Source: Tubulanus polymorphus
Taxonomy: Eukaryota; Animalia; Nemertea
Length of the DNA: 64,000 bases
Direction of reading: 5' to 3'
Assembly: GCF_964204645.1 (NCBI RefSeq)
Contig: NC_134032.1
Coordinates: forward strand, 9,164,275-9,228,274
Below are positions 19,585 through 32,911 of this stretch, one piece after another; the first letter of the stretch is position 1, and every line of letters starts with the position of its first letter. The notes beneath the pieces were generated by a model. It saw nothing but the letters and a program-made list of their open reading frames with translations. It did no database searches and was not told where the DNA came from. Both the position numbers and the translations under genes were made by a program.

Positions 19585-20649
19585 CCCACATAACATTGTA
19601 CATCGGGCCGATGTTGGTATTCATTATCGGCCCAATAATGGTTACCAATATCGGACCAACATTGGACTTGCTCATCGGCACTGCATTGGCCCACATTTTT
19701 TACCAATGAATGGCCAACGAACCAACTTGATGGGCCAATGAATTACCGAGTAAATGCCAATATTTCTCCAATGAAATGCCATTCATATTCCAGAAGTCAG
19801 CCAATGATTTGCCATCTGAAAATCAATATACAAAAATATGTCCATTAATTAGAAATTGTAAACCGTTTTTATTTAAAATATACATATTTCGAAGGTAAGA
19901 ACTGTAAATATTAACTCTTCCATACTTGAACACATAATACTGACATAAAAATGCATAACTTTACAGAAATTCATGAAATTCAATGCAAACCGATAAATGT
20001 CATGGAATATGCCAGATCAGGCAAAAATTGTATGGTACAAGCAATTCAGCCCAATGTAACAGCATGTTTTTGGGCACTGCATAATATTTCCTACAAAAAT
20101 ATACTATAGTTAAGCTAAACAAAATGATATAAGATGTGATTAAATTTGTAAGTTATTTTCTATAGCTGTCTGTTATGATAAAATTGATCACGATTTAAAA
20201 GAGGCCGCAAGGGGCAAGTTTTAAGCTCAGCAGAGCGGAGAAAAAAGGTATCAATTTTTAGCCTTATTAAAAACTATTATAAGGTGGCAGTAGTAATCTA
20301 CAAAATCCAATGGCCAAAAATACAAGTATCTCAGACAATAATATATGTACATATCTGTCCTTAATCAAATATCAAATATTGAGAAATTTATATTCATTTT
20401 CTCTGATAATGACAATTTGCAGTTAAACGTGCTACAGAAATAAACTTATTACAAACTTTTATTGTGGTTTACAAAATGAACCCACCGATGAGGAAAAGCA
20501 AACTATGTTCCTAGTCAATTTGATTTTGGATTTTTTTAATTTGGAATAAACTGGTTTCTACAGTAAGAAGTAATTTCAAGTTGGAATAAACTAGTTTTTT
20601 ATGTCATAGGTTATTTTTAAGATTTATCAAGTTATATAAGTCAATAGTT

Positions 20650-22511
20650 AATTTATTGTGTTGCTGCGCGGTTTCTTTCCTGCCTGCCTCCATGTCGATC
20701 TCCAGAGTTTCGCAGCCAGACCATGATAATTTGCTCAAGACTACTGTCCGAGCAATCTTTGCAAACCGGATTTCTGCGAACTGATTCTAAAACGATAAAA
20801 ATATCAAATGAAATTAGCGGCGCAGCAGCGATTACAGGTTTTTTGCATTAACTTTTCTGATACTTGGGAGCAATAAATCCATTGTAATAAAATTTTGAAC
20901 CAGTGTCGGCTCCCAAGTCTGAGGTAGTGCAAGCCAATGATGGACAATCACTAGCAACAATAAGATATCAGGCCTACATGAAGTCTATTGCAGTTGGGTG
21001 AGGTTCTATATACCAGTCACATTGTTCAAGTCAATTTTCTTAGTATAATTTGATTCAAATTATAGGATAGACAGTGTTATACATAAAATAAACTAATACA
21101 TATAGACTCTGTCCAAATTCAACATGATGTTTACAAGCTATTAGTAGTAGAATGTGAAAGCACATACATTACATGAGAAACTGACAATTACCGCAGACCA
21201 TATGTGATTTTATTCAGTTGTTACTTACCAAATATGGTTTTAATTAGGTTCGTGTGAACAACCAATCCATGTTTTCCACGACGTCCTTGCCAGTTATATT
21301 GTAAACATAACTGGTGACTCAAAACGTGGCTCAAGATACGCCAAACTGTTGATTTGGCATCATGCCCTCCATATGTGGACAGGTGGGAAACCTACATCAT
21401 TAAAAACAAAATTCATGAATGCAGAAAATATAACAAACTTATGATTAGTTCCATCACATCAATACATACCACTGCCTTCCTGGTGGCACGAACAGCCAAT
21501 AAAGTGTCATTGGCCACCATATCATCGTGTACTTCAGCTGGTAGCTTGAGCTCTTCTGGTAAAGCTGCATCCCTGTCAGTGTCATCTACTGACATTTTCG
21601 AAAGCAGACGCTGGATCAACCGCGTCTGCTGCCGCATCTCGACCTTGAGCTCTTCATAAAGCTCAACGAGCTTTTTTGTTTGAACTGAAAAAATACACAA
21701 AGCTCAACTTGATAGAAATATTCATTAACTAGGTGTTTGAAACTTTCTGAAAGGTATGTTTAAACTTTTTTTTGTATTGGAATCTGACTAGGCTATTTCA
21801 TACTAATGTTTCTTACCAGAAGTGTCTGGCTCGGATGCATCTCTCCTTCGAGGCGGTGAACGTGCCCTGGTAAACCCAGGTGAAGGCATTGGCGTCGACG
21901 CCTGATATACACCCTGAGGTGGTGGTGTTACCATTGGTGTCGATGCCTGAAATACACCTTGGCGAGGTGGCGGTGTTAGTAATTGTTTTGACCTTCTAAT
22001 TGGTGGTGGTATTTCAGGCATGATATTCAAATTTGATCTAAATGGTTGTGGTGCTGGCCTCTTGACTGCTACAACCTCATCATCACTTGACGTTGTGAAT
22101 TCCTCGCAGGTCGATAAGAATTTAAGTCAACACCACTCGAGGCCGATTCTTCTATGTCACTAGTTAAATCTAATCTATCTAGATTTTTTTTCGCCATCTC
22201 ATGTTTCTGAAATCATAATTAAAACCATGCAGTATTATTCTGGATACAGCAGTTGAAATTGATTTAAAACGATGGAGCATGTCTGCCAGCTTTCACTCAC
22301 CAAAGCTTCTGATTATCGGGATTGGATGTTCTGACCACGCCTTCGGATTTTTTATCGGACCAGGGTTCTGTGACAGTTTGTCAATTTTGTTTACAATTGA
22401 ATCTGGTGGCCATTGACAATTACTACCATTCAGCCACGAACGAGGGACGATTTCACTCCCAGCAACACCATTGTCATCAACTTCACCCACAAATTCGACG
22501 ATTACAAATGA
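20650..22511 (-). pseudogene. EnSpm accessory ORF2 (DUF4806-like), multi-exon
   Basis: N-terminus MSFVIVEF...IVPRSWL...CQWPP; exon GGHDAKSTVWRIL...YNWQGRRGK; last exon WLRNSGDRHGGRQER. Middle exons look damaged. Confidence 0.6.
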
Positions 22512-23059
22512 CATTCCAACTAAAAAAGGAACAAGAATACCCAAACTTAGGCTACGCCTTGACTTAGTGCGACCCTTTTGTGACAACCATCAATAATGCA
22601 AGCCTGAATCCTTGAGGGGGCTCTACTTGGGAGAAAAAGGCAATTGTCACCAAAAAAATCACCAAAGGTGATTGGCTAGACTGTATGAGAGATGCAGGTG
22701 CAAAGCACAATTAAGGGGGTCACAAAATTTAACTGGTTTTTAGACCACTTTCCTGCAATCTGGACCATAAACAGTTGTGGGTAGCAAAAAAAAGGTATAA
22801 TCCATGACAAACGAGGGGGTTTGGGAATCCTCCACTAGAACATTTTGAAAAAAAAAAACTGCTATTGGTGCAATTTCCAAGCAATAAATTCCACCTGAGA
22901 TGTAATATTGTATCCTATGCCAGTGCTAATACAATTCAAATCAAGACTATAAGTTAAAACCTGTTGATATTTTTCTCAAAAAACCTTTTTCCACCTACGA
23001 ATGAGTACTGATGACACTAATATGGCCGCCAATGATTGATAATTGGCTGATTGAAATAA

Positions 23060-23530
23060 CCTGTCTGATGCATTAAAGACCTCTTTTCATACATGCCCAT
23101 CACTAATTTCAATGAAAAATGACAAACCATTAGGAAGCACCAGCTCTCAGAATCCAGGCTGAAATTGACATTTTTGGACACAAAAAGGTCACACGACCAT
23201 CGTGAGGCCGATCGACCCATTTTTTTATCATGCTAATAGGCCCTTGGGGGAAACAAATATATGTAAATGATCAAGATAATTGATCGAGGAGTCTTCAAAA
23301 TTGCTCTTGAAACATTGGCCGCAGGTCGGCCATTTTGATTCTGATCAGGCCAATTTTTCGGTTGAAGATGTATCTTGGTTAGATTCATGTATAAACCAAA
23401 TATGAAGACAAAGCATAGATGCGTCTTCAAAACTTCCCAAAATAACTGGATTCCGTCTACGGATGGACGAACGGATAACAAGTGAACACAATAGCCCGCT
23501 GTAACTAAAGCCCCAAGTGAACTAAAAACT
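23060..23530 (-). repeat. Non-autonomous interspersed repeat (Helentron-derived HINE/DINE-like); other copies near 27720-27960, 36632-36770, 40382-40524 and 43179-43460
   Basis: Shared blocks 'ttagcccacttgggactt.gtcccagc.ggct', a CCGT microsatellite, 'gttattttgggaagttttgaa' and 'caagatggcc'. Starts after a T run. Confidence 0.6.
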
Positions 23531-23558
23531 GTGCCGAATAGGGAGTACGGCATAATTA

Positions 23559-24749
23559 TCACCATAGGGTAATAAAACGCATCACAGCATCAATTGGTGC
23601 AACAAGAAGTGATTCCCTGAATCCAGAGATTAATCTTACATTCATGAAAGATGATTCAATTGGGTATGAATATAAGTCTTGTTCTCCATAACTTTTACTA
23701 TACACAATGAAATACTGGTTATCAATCGCAAGTATGTTCTTCACGACTGCAATTTTTGAATTGACCATCACACAATTATCAGGATGCCTGTTGCGGATAG
23801 TAGTGTTATACCTCTGTTGAATCACTAGTTTTGTAAACTGTTCTGAACGAACTGTGTCAAAATCGGGAGGATGAGGGCCATTTTGATGTGGTTTGGATAC
23901 TAAAATTATTCTTTTTTCATTAAGGTATGAGTCGTGATCACCTATTTCATCATATCTTCTTATCAATTGAGCTAACGGATTCACAGGGCCTCTGATCATA
24001 CGCTTTAATCGACCGAGGAAATTTTCGAAAGGAAAGCCTGAAATCGAATCTAGAGTCCCAAATAATTTTACATCATTCGCTAAGTGAATCATAGAATGAA
24101 TATTATATACAATGGCATTTGGGCCATATAATTCATCGAAATGCTGTACAAAAGCTTTTAAAAGTTGGGCCGTATACTCATTATAACTATTACTCAAATT
24201 TGGGTCTATCAGAATTGATACCCCTACACTAAGCAAAAGGAAATTCTTATAAAAAGCATCTGGTAAAATTCCACTCAAAACAACCGGTCCTGTGTACAAG
24301 AGAAACTGACGTAACTCTGATGCCTTCCAGTTTTTAAAATCTAATAGAACTCTGGGTTTCCTTGCAAACTCAGATGGTATGAAACCTCGAAGAGCTAAAA
24401 GCTTTTCAGAGATCTGTGCAGATTGTAGGCGTGGACCTTTGAGCCATATGAAGATTAACTTCGGCACAACACCAAGGCATACTTGATGCATATAGTCAAG
24501 AGGAAACTGACTAACCATTCCAAGTGACAAACATTTCAATTCACTTTCTTTGATTATATGATCATCATAATTTTCATTGCCATGGAAATCTTCATCAGTT
24601 CTCAATGCAGCATTTAAATCAGGGAATACAACTCTGCCATCTGCATATACACCCTTAGTAGAGCAGCGATCACAGCCATGATAACCTGAATGCGATTTAA
24701 TTCCCTTCACAAATGCTTGAGCAGGTGCATCACAAATGAAGGAATGCAA
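23559..24749 (-). pseudogene. EnSpm/CACTA-like transposase, C-terminal half
   Basis: ICDAPA, HSGYHGCDRC, LDYMHQVCLG, WKASELRQFLLY, NIHSMIHL, FPFENFL. The 5' half is missing. Confidence 0.85.
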
Positions 24750-24849
24750 TTGAAGAGAAATCTTAACATTTTGATAAAAGAAATCTTCTTTGAGTTCACC
24801 TATTTCAGATGTAAAGTTTAAAAATATAAATCAAGCCAAAGTCTTAAAT

Positions 24850-25040
24850 TTGATAAATCATCACTTTATTACAGCTAACTCATATTCAAACTGATTCCTG
24901 GGCATAACATCGGGCACTCGGGGATAACGGATGTAGGTGTCCCAGTACATACGGATACTGTTCATTTGTACTAAGCCCATACGCATATAAATCTCAAAAG
25001 TTCGATTTCCTTCTTATTAGTGTTGATACATCTATCAGCT
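24850..25040 (-). pseudogene. Short piggyBac transposase fragment
   Basis: IYMRMGLVQMNSIRMYWDTYIRYPRVPDVMPRNQFE is homologous to the other piggyBac ORFs in the window. Confidence 0.75.
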
Positions 25041-25667
25041 ATCAGCATATAAAGATTATGTGCCCGCTCCTGCTTATAAATAGCTTACTCACCTGCAGGA
25101 ATAGAGTTTTTGTTATTGGTTGTGTGCCCGGGTAGACAGCCACCAATGCGGTCTCCATCACTGAAGTGAACGAACCTTTCCGGAGGTAATTTGAATTTCA
25201 ATGTAGCTGAAATTAGTAATGACTAAGTAAAAAAAACCTTTTGATATTCTTTGATATCATTTTGATTTCATCATTGTTATTTTTTTTATCTTAACATAGG
25301 GATTGTCCCTGTTATTTATTTGGTTGGTAATTTCAGTTTGATTTTTTTTGATTGAGTGTATCTTACAGACCCACCACACCTGCCGGGAGCGAAACAGGGC
25401 TTTCAATTGTATGGTCTGTGTTTTAATTAGGAGTAGGCCTAATCTACCGATCGAGTAATCTGAAGACAATATAGGAAACCTTTTGAATTTAGATCCCCCA
25501 TTGTCTCGGCTTTGATTAAGACTCGCTGTTCCGGTTCAGCGCCGTTGATTACAGTTAGTAGAACCATCTCGTTAAATTCGATGAGAAAACTGGCGGGAAA
25601 CGCGTGTTGAGAGCGAATCAACGACCTCGAGATAGGTGGCAGCAGCAGCTGGCTATAAGAAACTAGT

Positions 25668-25803
25668 AACTCGCAACTCGCAATAGTTAACTGACAACTC
25701 ACAACAGTTAACTGACAACTCGCACCAGTTAACTGACAACTCGCAACAGTTAACTGGCAATCCGCAACTGGCAACTAGCAACTAGCAATTGGCAACTAGC
25801 AAT
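25668..25803. repeat. 21-bp minisatellite grading into 7-bp GCAACTA units
   Basis: Tandem 'gcaacagttaactgacaactc' units. Confidence 0.85.
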
Positions 25804-26117
25804 GTCGTCTTAGGGCTTCGATACGTTTGCACGATTGCTCTGTTGAACTGAATCATCATTCATGAACATGTAGACCGGAAATAAATCGGAGTTAGGCAAT
25901 CATGCGTAACAAAGCACCGACCTGGTGTGAAAAAAGAATCGCATCCAATTGGCTAAAACAAAACACAATATAATTAAGAACCGTATAGTGGCCCCACGGG
26001 ATTTTCGATTAAGGCACATGAACTTGAAAAATACAACACGGGAGTGACCCGAGCACATAGGAAAGGTCGCCAAGTACAGTTTTTAGAATTCTACTAAATC
26101 ATACAATTTTACAAACA

Positions 26118-26340
26118 CCCAGTAAACACCTTAATGTTCAAACAATGTTGAAATTGTGTTCCCGCTCGATGTTGCACTTTTTGTTGAATTGAAGTGGCAT
26201 ATGAAAGATGAGACAACCAACATGAATTCGACATTGGTGAATTCATGTTGAATCTATGTAATCTCAATGCCATCGGATATCGAAAATCGACATTTTTTCT
26301 ACATTGCTTTCCGAAAAATGTTGATCCTACATTGAACCGG
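26118..26340 (+). mobile_element. Isolated EnSpm-type terminus
   Basis: CCCAGTAAACAC start with repeated ATGTTG/ACATT subterminal motifs. No partner end found. Confidence 0.45.
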
Positions 26341-27479
26341 CTACATCATTGAAGAACCAGGACATACGTATATACAAATACAAAACCATAGTTTTTATTG
26401 CAAATGTTCATCACAATTTTAACAATCTGCTAAAGATCATAACAAATCTGCTTTAAACATGGTTTTTGGTAATACAAACGCAATGTGAGGCAGTTATTGT
26501 ACAGCAGATTTATAGTCCTAAGCGGAATTGTCATGGCATATTTTCATGCCGACTAGAAACCTAAGTTTCTCATACCAAACACAAAACTAAAACCTTTTCA
26601 CATACATTTCAGTAACAATTTCTAATTATCTCTTTAATTCGAACCGAATTTGATGAGAGTTTTAATTTACAGTAGATTTAAAGCCTCGAACTGGCTTAAG
26701 ATGTCATGGCAAACACAAATTACTTGTAGCCTCCATTAACACAAAACTAAAAACTTTTTTTCATATACATTTCCAATTATCTAGACTTGATAATTGATTT
26801 ATAGTAGAATTAAAGCCTCAAACTGGCTTAAAATGATTGTCATGTCAAATACAAATTACTTGTAGCTTACATAATTCCATTACACCAATGGCAATCAATG
26901 ATCGATTAACAAAGTTTCTCAGCCCATACACAGAACTGTCAATCCTTACATATACACTACATTATCTATTTCAATTTATCTACTTGATTTGAACAGAATT
27001 TAAGACAGTTATATATATCCATCTATACTGTAAGTACACAAGAGATTGGCTCAAATAGGAGCAATTTGCGTAGAAAAAGAAAACGAACACTTATACACAA
27101 ACAAGGAAAAAAAACAAGATGATGGCGCCCGCGAGAAAACATTATTCAGGACGCTTAATTGGTTGCACGACCACCACCACCTTTTCTATCAGGAGCGTAG
27201 CGAAGATGGCTGCTGATTATTTCATCGACTTGAAATTTTGTTTCGTTGAACTGCAACTGAGCAGATTCTGAAAATAGAATTATAAAACGGATTTTATTTT
27301 GATTGAAAATTATATATGTTGCGGTAGTCCGTACATATCATGCTTATTGGGGAGGGTAGGTATCGACGAGCACTGCTTCCGCTGGGAGAGAAATATTCGT
27401 AACAAGGTATTAGGTTAATAACATGCCAATGCTATTGCTTTATATAATAATTAAACGATCAATCTTAATGATGTCAATT

Positions 27480-28340
27480 TCAGTTGCCATTGCCCAGTAT
27501 GTGATTTGTCAATGCCTCTGGCAGAATAACCTTTGCATGCTGCAAGCTGTGGAGATATCGAGACAGGTGTCAGTACTGAGAAGTATGCTTTGCATTTTAT
27601 CCTGCTTGCATTCACTCTGCGTTCCCCTATCGGTAGAATTAATCTGGGTCTTTTGAAATGTTCTGGAGATCTTTCGATTGATTGTCCTCAGGTTTGGTAT
27701 GTTTGATCAATCAGTCACTAGATGGAATCAAGTTATTTTGGGAAGTTTTGAAGATGCTCTATTGGATTGTCTTGATATTTGGTTTATACTTGTAACTACC
27801 CAAGTCAGAGAACTGGGCTCGTCAGAATCAAGATGGCCAACTGGGGCCATTGTTCACTGAAATTGGTACTTTTACACATTTTAAGCCCACTTGGGACTTA
27901 AGTCCCAGCAGGCTTATTGCTTTCAATCTTCGTGTGTCGTCCGTCAACAGGTTTTATGTTTATTTATTTGGGTATTTCGCACTGTATAAGTGGAATATGT
28001 TAATGTCTAAGTAATTCATTATATTTCAGAAGTTTCATGGATGCACTCTCAGAGAAATGGAATGCAATTGAAAAACCCTGTTTTTGTGTAAATGTGGTGC
28101 GGAGTGCGTTTATCAAAACTGCTATGGAAGAACTTGCTTTAGCAAGTGAAGATGATTGGAACGGGCGTATCAATGTAATGTTTATGGGTGAAGATGGTGT
28201 TGATAACGGCGGACTCGCTCGTGAATTTTTCTCACTGCTGTTTAGGGAATCTCCATTGATAAACATAGAGCATGGTACTTTCGTACACAACGCGCATTTT
28301 TGCAATCAATGGATTTTAAGGTGCTTGGGAGATATGTAGC
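27480..28340 (+). pseudogene. HECT E3-ligase (G2E3-like) relic with an upstream UBZ-like CPVC...HA..C exon
   Basis: INVMFMGEDGVDNGGLAREFFSLLF is the HECT N-lobe motif. Truncated and convergent with the integrase-type transposase. Confidence 0.7.
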
Positions 28341-29439
28341 ACTTGTGTAGCACTTCAGATGATAAATTTCTTTTTTACTTAATGCCTTTTCAGAAGAAGC
28401 CGTCTCCTTAAGAATTGATATTTCATCATTGTCAACAATCGTCTCAATAGGATGGACTCGTACTTGATTTTCAGTGTCAAAAATCAACATCCAACTGCCC
28501 CAACTGCTCCATAACTTCTCTCTAAAATGGAAAATTTGGAGGCTTGTATACCAATATGACATACATGCATTTTAATGTAACAGATTATTTTTGGTTTTGC
28601 TTTTTACATCAAAAATCCCAGTTAATTTGGACATTTTTGAACACTTGAGTTTAAAATTACAGCCAAACCTCGTTATAACGCCACCATCGGGACATGGCTA
28701 ATTTCGGCGTTATGACGAGAATGGTGGTATAAGGGATCGTTTCTTGATTACGTACGCATGAAATTTGACTTTTCACTGTATGCCACCTACCAAATCATCT
28801 TGCAGTGGTGGAGTTCCAAAATGTGTACCTCTGAGCCAGAGTTGTGTGGGAGATTGGTTACCAGCAGTACGAATCATATGATGGACCCACGCTTCTTTGA
28901 ATCTATCCAAGGAATGGTTGATATCATCCTGATATACAATATGTAGCGCCAAAAGATCAAGTTCAGAATCTGGGTCAAGAAGACCGGCCTCTTCCAATTC
29001 GAAAAATTCTTTTTTGTATGTATCTAGAACACTAGTGTATACATCTCTCCATAATCTTTCTATTCGTTGGTTATGGACGCTTCTGCCTGCTATGAAATGT
29101 CCTGGGCCTCTCTCTGAATGAGCAATCATAAGATTTGCAACCAGAACATTTACACCTCCTTTGTCCGTCCTGACAACTCTTGGTTGCCCATATTGATCGA
29201 CAGCTTCAGTGAAACATCGTAAAACTGTTTCGGCAGTATTGTTATCATTGCATTTTAAAAACACTGGTATTCTGCTATAGCCATCGATGGCTCCATGTAT
29301 AACAAAACGCCACCTGCAATAGGCATTGACAAGAACTGTTTAAAATGAGTAAATTCTTTTAAAAAATATCGAATATCAAGTAAATTATACGATACTACTT
29401 ACCGTATCAGTTTGTGGGCAGACTTAACTATGTGGCGTT

Positions 29440-31350
29440 TAGTGTAATTGCTGGAAGTATAAATAATTTCGGCTTTATCAAAACGGTGACCAGTGTTCCA
29501 AACGTGATTGGCTACACCACTAGCCGGTTTTTTATTTATTATATCCTTTTTGTGTTCCGAAATTTAAAGTTTTTAAATCACGACCAGTTTCTCCAAAGTA
29601 AATTTTATCACAGCCAAAACAAGGAATTTTGTAAACTCCGCAGTCCAAAGGTTTAGATTGATTGTTTTTAACCAAAGTCTTACTAATTTTGTTTTCATAC
29701 GTTAAAATGATTTGTTTATCCAATAAAGGGAGAGAGTGACGAAACTTTTCCAAAACAGGTACATACGGAACTACAATGAACTCTGAAATGTGTTTTTTAT
29801 TTTCTGGAGGTTTAGAATTGAAGAAAGTACGTTTAGCCTTAGAAATAGCGATTTTCAAAATGTGATCAGGGTAAGCCAATTTTCTAAGAGAGTTGGATAT
29901 ATGTTCAAATTCAGCCGAAAGGAAGGTTTCATCGCAGATCCGTAGTGCACGGAGAAAGAGGCCTTGAGCGAGACCAATTTTGATTGATTTAGCAGTAAAC
30001 GAAAAGAAGTGAAGGTATGCCTCGGCGTTGATACCTTTACGGTAGACTGAGAAAATCAAATGAGAAAATTTATTGTGAATTAGAACATCTAAAAACGGAA
30101 TTTGGTCATTTTGTTCCCATTCAAAAGTGAATTTCAAAGATGGATATTGTGAGTTGATGAAGTCGATAAAAGAGGTAAGATCAAAATTATCAGAAACTAA
30201 GCACAGAATGTCATCAACATATCTAATCCAAAAGTTAGGTTTAGAGCCAGCGTACTTAGGGAGAATTTCGGATTCAAAGTGTTCAAGGAAAAGATTAGCC
30301 AAAATGGGGGATAATGGTGTGACAGTGGTATTATTGAGTTTCAACAGCAGACTCAATTCATAGGCAGTGCTGCCATCTTCTAACGATATCATAAACTATT
30401 CCGCATTCATTATCCAACTCATTCAACAGTGCCATCTTTCGTGATAAAACTTTCGAACTTTGTTCCAGCGTCAGCTTTCATATAACTTTTTGTACTGAGA
30501 TTGAACCTTAGGAAAATTACGACTAATGCGCGTCAGTTGCTCGTAAGTATTTGCTTCTGCGAGCAACGACTGCCGCTGAAGAACATAATTCATTCAAAGT
30601 TAATGTTACATTTTTCTGGGAAACTGTCACGTATAATGTCCTTTTGTAATTATTTCGGTTGAATAATGATATTTTTATGGGCAACGCTGTTGCGCTAACG
30701 ACAAATTAACGGGCTTTGGCAATGTCGTTCGCTAATGAGATGGGTTGGAGAATTGACTATATATACTGGGGTTTTTGGACCGTGGGGGAGACCGCTAGAA
30801 ATATTTAGATCGTTGAGATCAGTTCGTGAAATAAAAGTAATTTTGAAGACAGGAACTCTGTGTGTTGCGACTCGTTTATTCTTGGACGTTTGTTAACATT
30901 CTATCACTCAAGTGGAATTCAAAGATCCCGTTAGTGACAATGGGTTACCCAATGCGAAACCGAAAATTTGTTCATAGAATTTGTCTTGGAATTGGAAATA
31001 TAGATTGGTTGTACAGAGTTCCAAAAGTTCAAGTAAAAATTCTACGGGAATTGGGAGATCAAGATTGGAGTCCGGGAGTTTTCTTCTTAAGAAATTGAGA
31101 GTTGGTTCCAATGGTATATTTGTGAACAAGGAAACAGCGTCGAAAGATATAAATTTTTGTCCATTAGGTTTGAGATTTTTGAGTTTGTCTAAAAGATCCA
31201 TATTGTGCCGAATGTGAGAATCAGAAAAAGTACCCAAAGCCGGGGAGAGTACTTTAGCCAGATATTTGGAGAGCCGATATGATGGAGAATTGATATTAGA
31301 AATGATCGGTCTTAAAGGTGAATTGGGTTTATGAATTTTGGGAAGACCAT
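29440..31350 (-). mobile_element. 5'-truncated Penelope-like retroelement (RT plus GIY-YIG endonuclease)
   Basis: GLPKIHKP..PLRPII, SFDAVSLFTNIP, GFALGNPLS, RYVDD, CGVYKIPC..C.KIYFGETGR. Interrupted by a solo LTR. Confidence 0.9.
30318..30939 (+). mobile_element. Solo LTR (622 bp) inserted in the Penelope RT
   Basis: TGTGACA...GTGACA ends and 4-bp TSD ATGG (30314-30317 and 30940-30943). TATA-like motif ~30758, AATAAA ~30829. Removing it restores GNPLSPILAN. Confidence 0.85.
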
Positions 31351-31582
31351 TTACTCAATTAACCTGTCCTCCTCTGTATATATACCCCTGTTTTTAATCT
31401 ATATCTCATCTCTAGGGTGAGATCGAAACGCCGTGTCTTTTATATATTTTTGATTGAATAAATAAATTCTGGTTTTTAAATTCTTTTAATCTGTAAATAG
31501 TGGGATTTTATCTTATTATCCGTTCACCACGTTTGGGTGTGGTTATCGTTCTATGTGGATGATAAGTTTGAAAATAACTGTA

Positions 31583-31945
31583 GGAAGTGGATATTTTGCC
31601 AATGCAGCATTATCTTAGTAAACGCTATTTTGTCAGTGGCTATTTATACTAAGATACATTGATAAAATAGAACCATACAATCATTATGTTTGGTTTAGGG
31701 TTAGGGTCCAGGGGGTTAGGGTTAGGGTGAGGTTTAGGGCCCGGTGATCTTGTGGAAAGATGTTAGACTAGCAATACGCTGGTCCGGGTTCGAATCCGCT
31801 CTATGGTGCTATTTTCTCTAAAACTCTGTTCTCCACACTTTCCTCCAATTTTCTTCATTTGCGGCGTAAATTAGCCAATCAGAACGCGTCATTGGCAAAA
31901 TAGCGTTAACAGGAATAATACCACATTGGCAAAATATCACCTGCC
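31583..31945. mobile_element. MITE with ~55-bp imperfect TIRs, internal TTAGGG-like repeats and a tRNA-like B box (Mutator-type)
   Basis: 'gatattttgccaatg' and 'cattggcaaaatatc' are inverted. GGTTAG repeats at 31692-31740, GGTTCGAATCC at ~31787. Both flanks contain ATAAC, a possible decayed TSD. Confidence 0.7.
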
Positions 31946-32489
31946 ATAACCATTATATATATACCAGTGACATGATCAGATATATCTTTAAGCCGCAAGC
32001 CATTTTCACTTAATCTCCGTGCTACAGTACTCTCTGAAATCTGATAAAATCACAACATATACAGAAGATGATCTGTGTCAGAATGCTGGGAAATTGAACA
32101 TTGTTATCCCCAACCAAATTGTGTGGCCTGCTGTAGCAAATAGGCATCGACATAGGTTTTAAAAGAGCCAGCAGTTATTTGGAGGGACTGCACTTCCAGG
32201 CGTCCTTAATAGTTCTTATGTACTTAAACCAATTAATTCCAGTCGTAAAACTACAAGGCCTAAAACTTAACACTAACAACAATGGGCAGTAAGTAAACAA
32301 CATAATAAACAGACTCACATCGAACATTCCTCCGATTTCTTTGTACGAAAAGCCTTGAAGAATCATACTTTCAAGAGTATTTTGCTCAATTTCGACCTTA
32401 CGACGTCTACAGCCATTTTACAAGGGGATAAATCATTACATTACAGCTGTTATAAAACAATTTAGTGAAGTCTAAATATTCATCCAAAT

Positions 32490-32911
32490 ACATAGTTTGA
32501 TGCGTAATTTGACGGGTAAAATCGACGTGTTTGACGGGTAAAAACAATGATTGTGACGGGTAAAAACGATGATTTTGACGGGTAATTGGTAAAGACGAAG
32601 TTTGAATTTTGACAGTATATCTACGATAGCGATTTTGACGCGTCAAACGAACATCTAATTTTGACGGAATATCTACGATAGCGATTTTGACGCGTCAAAT
32701 GACAGTATATCTACGTAGCAACTATGTAATGCGAGATCATATTTGACGCGTCAAATACGATGTTTTGACGAGCATTTTATGTTGAGTTGACGAGAAAATT
32801 CAATGTTTAGTTTTGACGGGTAAAAAATGAAAGTTTGACGGGTAAAATATGAAAGTTTGACGGGTAAAATTTGAAAGTTTGACGGTTAAATTTGATGTTT
32901 AATTTTGACAG
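32490..32911. repeat. Array of TTTGACGGGTAAAA / TTGACGCGTCAA motifs, probably the subterminal region of a CACTA-type element
   Basis: More than ten TTGACG motifs ending in TTTTGACAG. Confidence 0.65.

Larger units (their letters stand above)
19585..24815 (-). mobile_element. EnSpm/CACTA-like element, one end present
   Basis: Begins CCCACA with subterminal ATCGG(C)CC/TGGGCC repeats (19585-19810). Carries a transposase and a second spliced gene. Confidence 0.7.
28773..32410 (-). pseudogene. Spliced integrase-core transposase (IS3EU-like) split by nested insertions
   Basis: Exons RRKVEIEQ...GFSYKEIGGMFD (~32320-32405), ISESTVARRLSENGL (~31980-32040), HKLIR (~29403-29435), then WRFVIHGAIDGYSR...RTDKGG...GRSVHNQRIERLWRDV (29313-28773). 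Confidence 0.75.

Noticed and set aside
31690-31740. Telomere or interstitial telomeric site
   Set aside because: Only a few imperfect TTAGGG units, enclosed by MITE TIRs.
32490-32911. CRISPR-like array
   Set aside because: Repeats are short and irregularly spaced without unique spacers, and the context is eukaryotic TE DNA. The same applies to 25668-25803 and 46055-46566.
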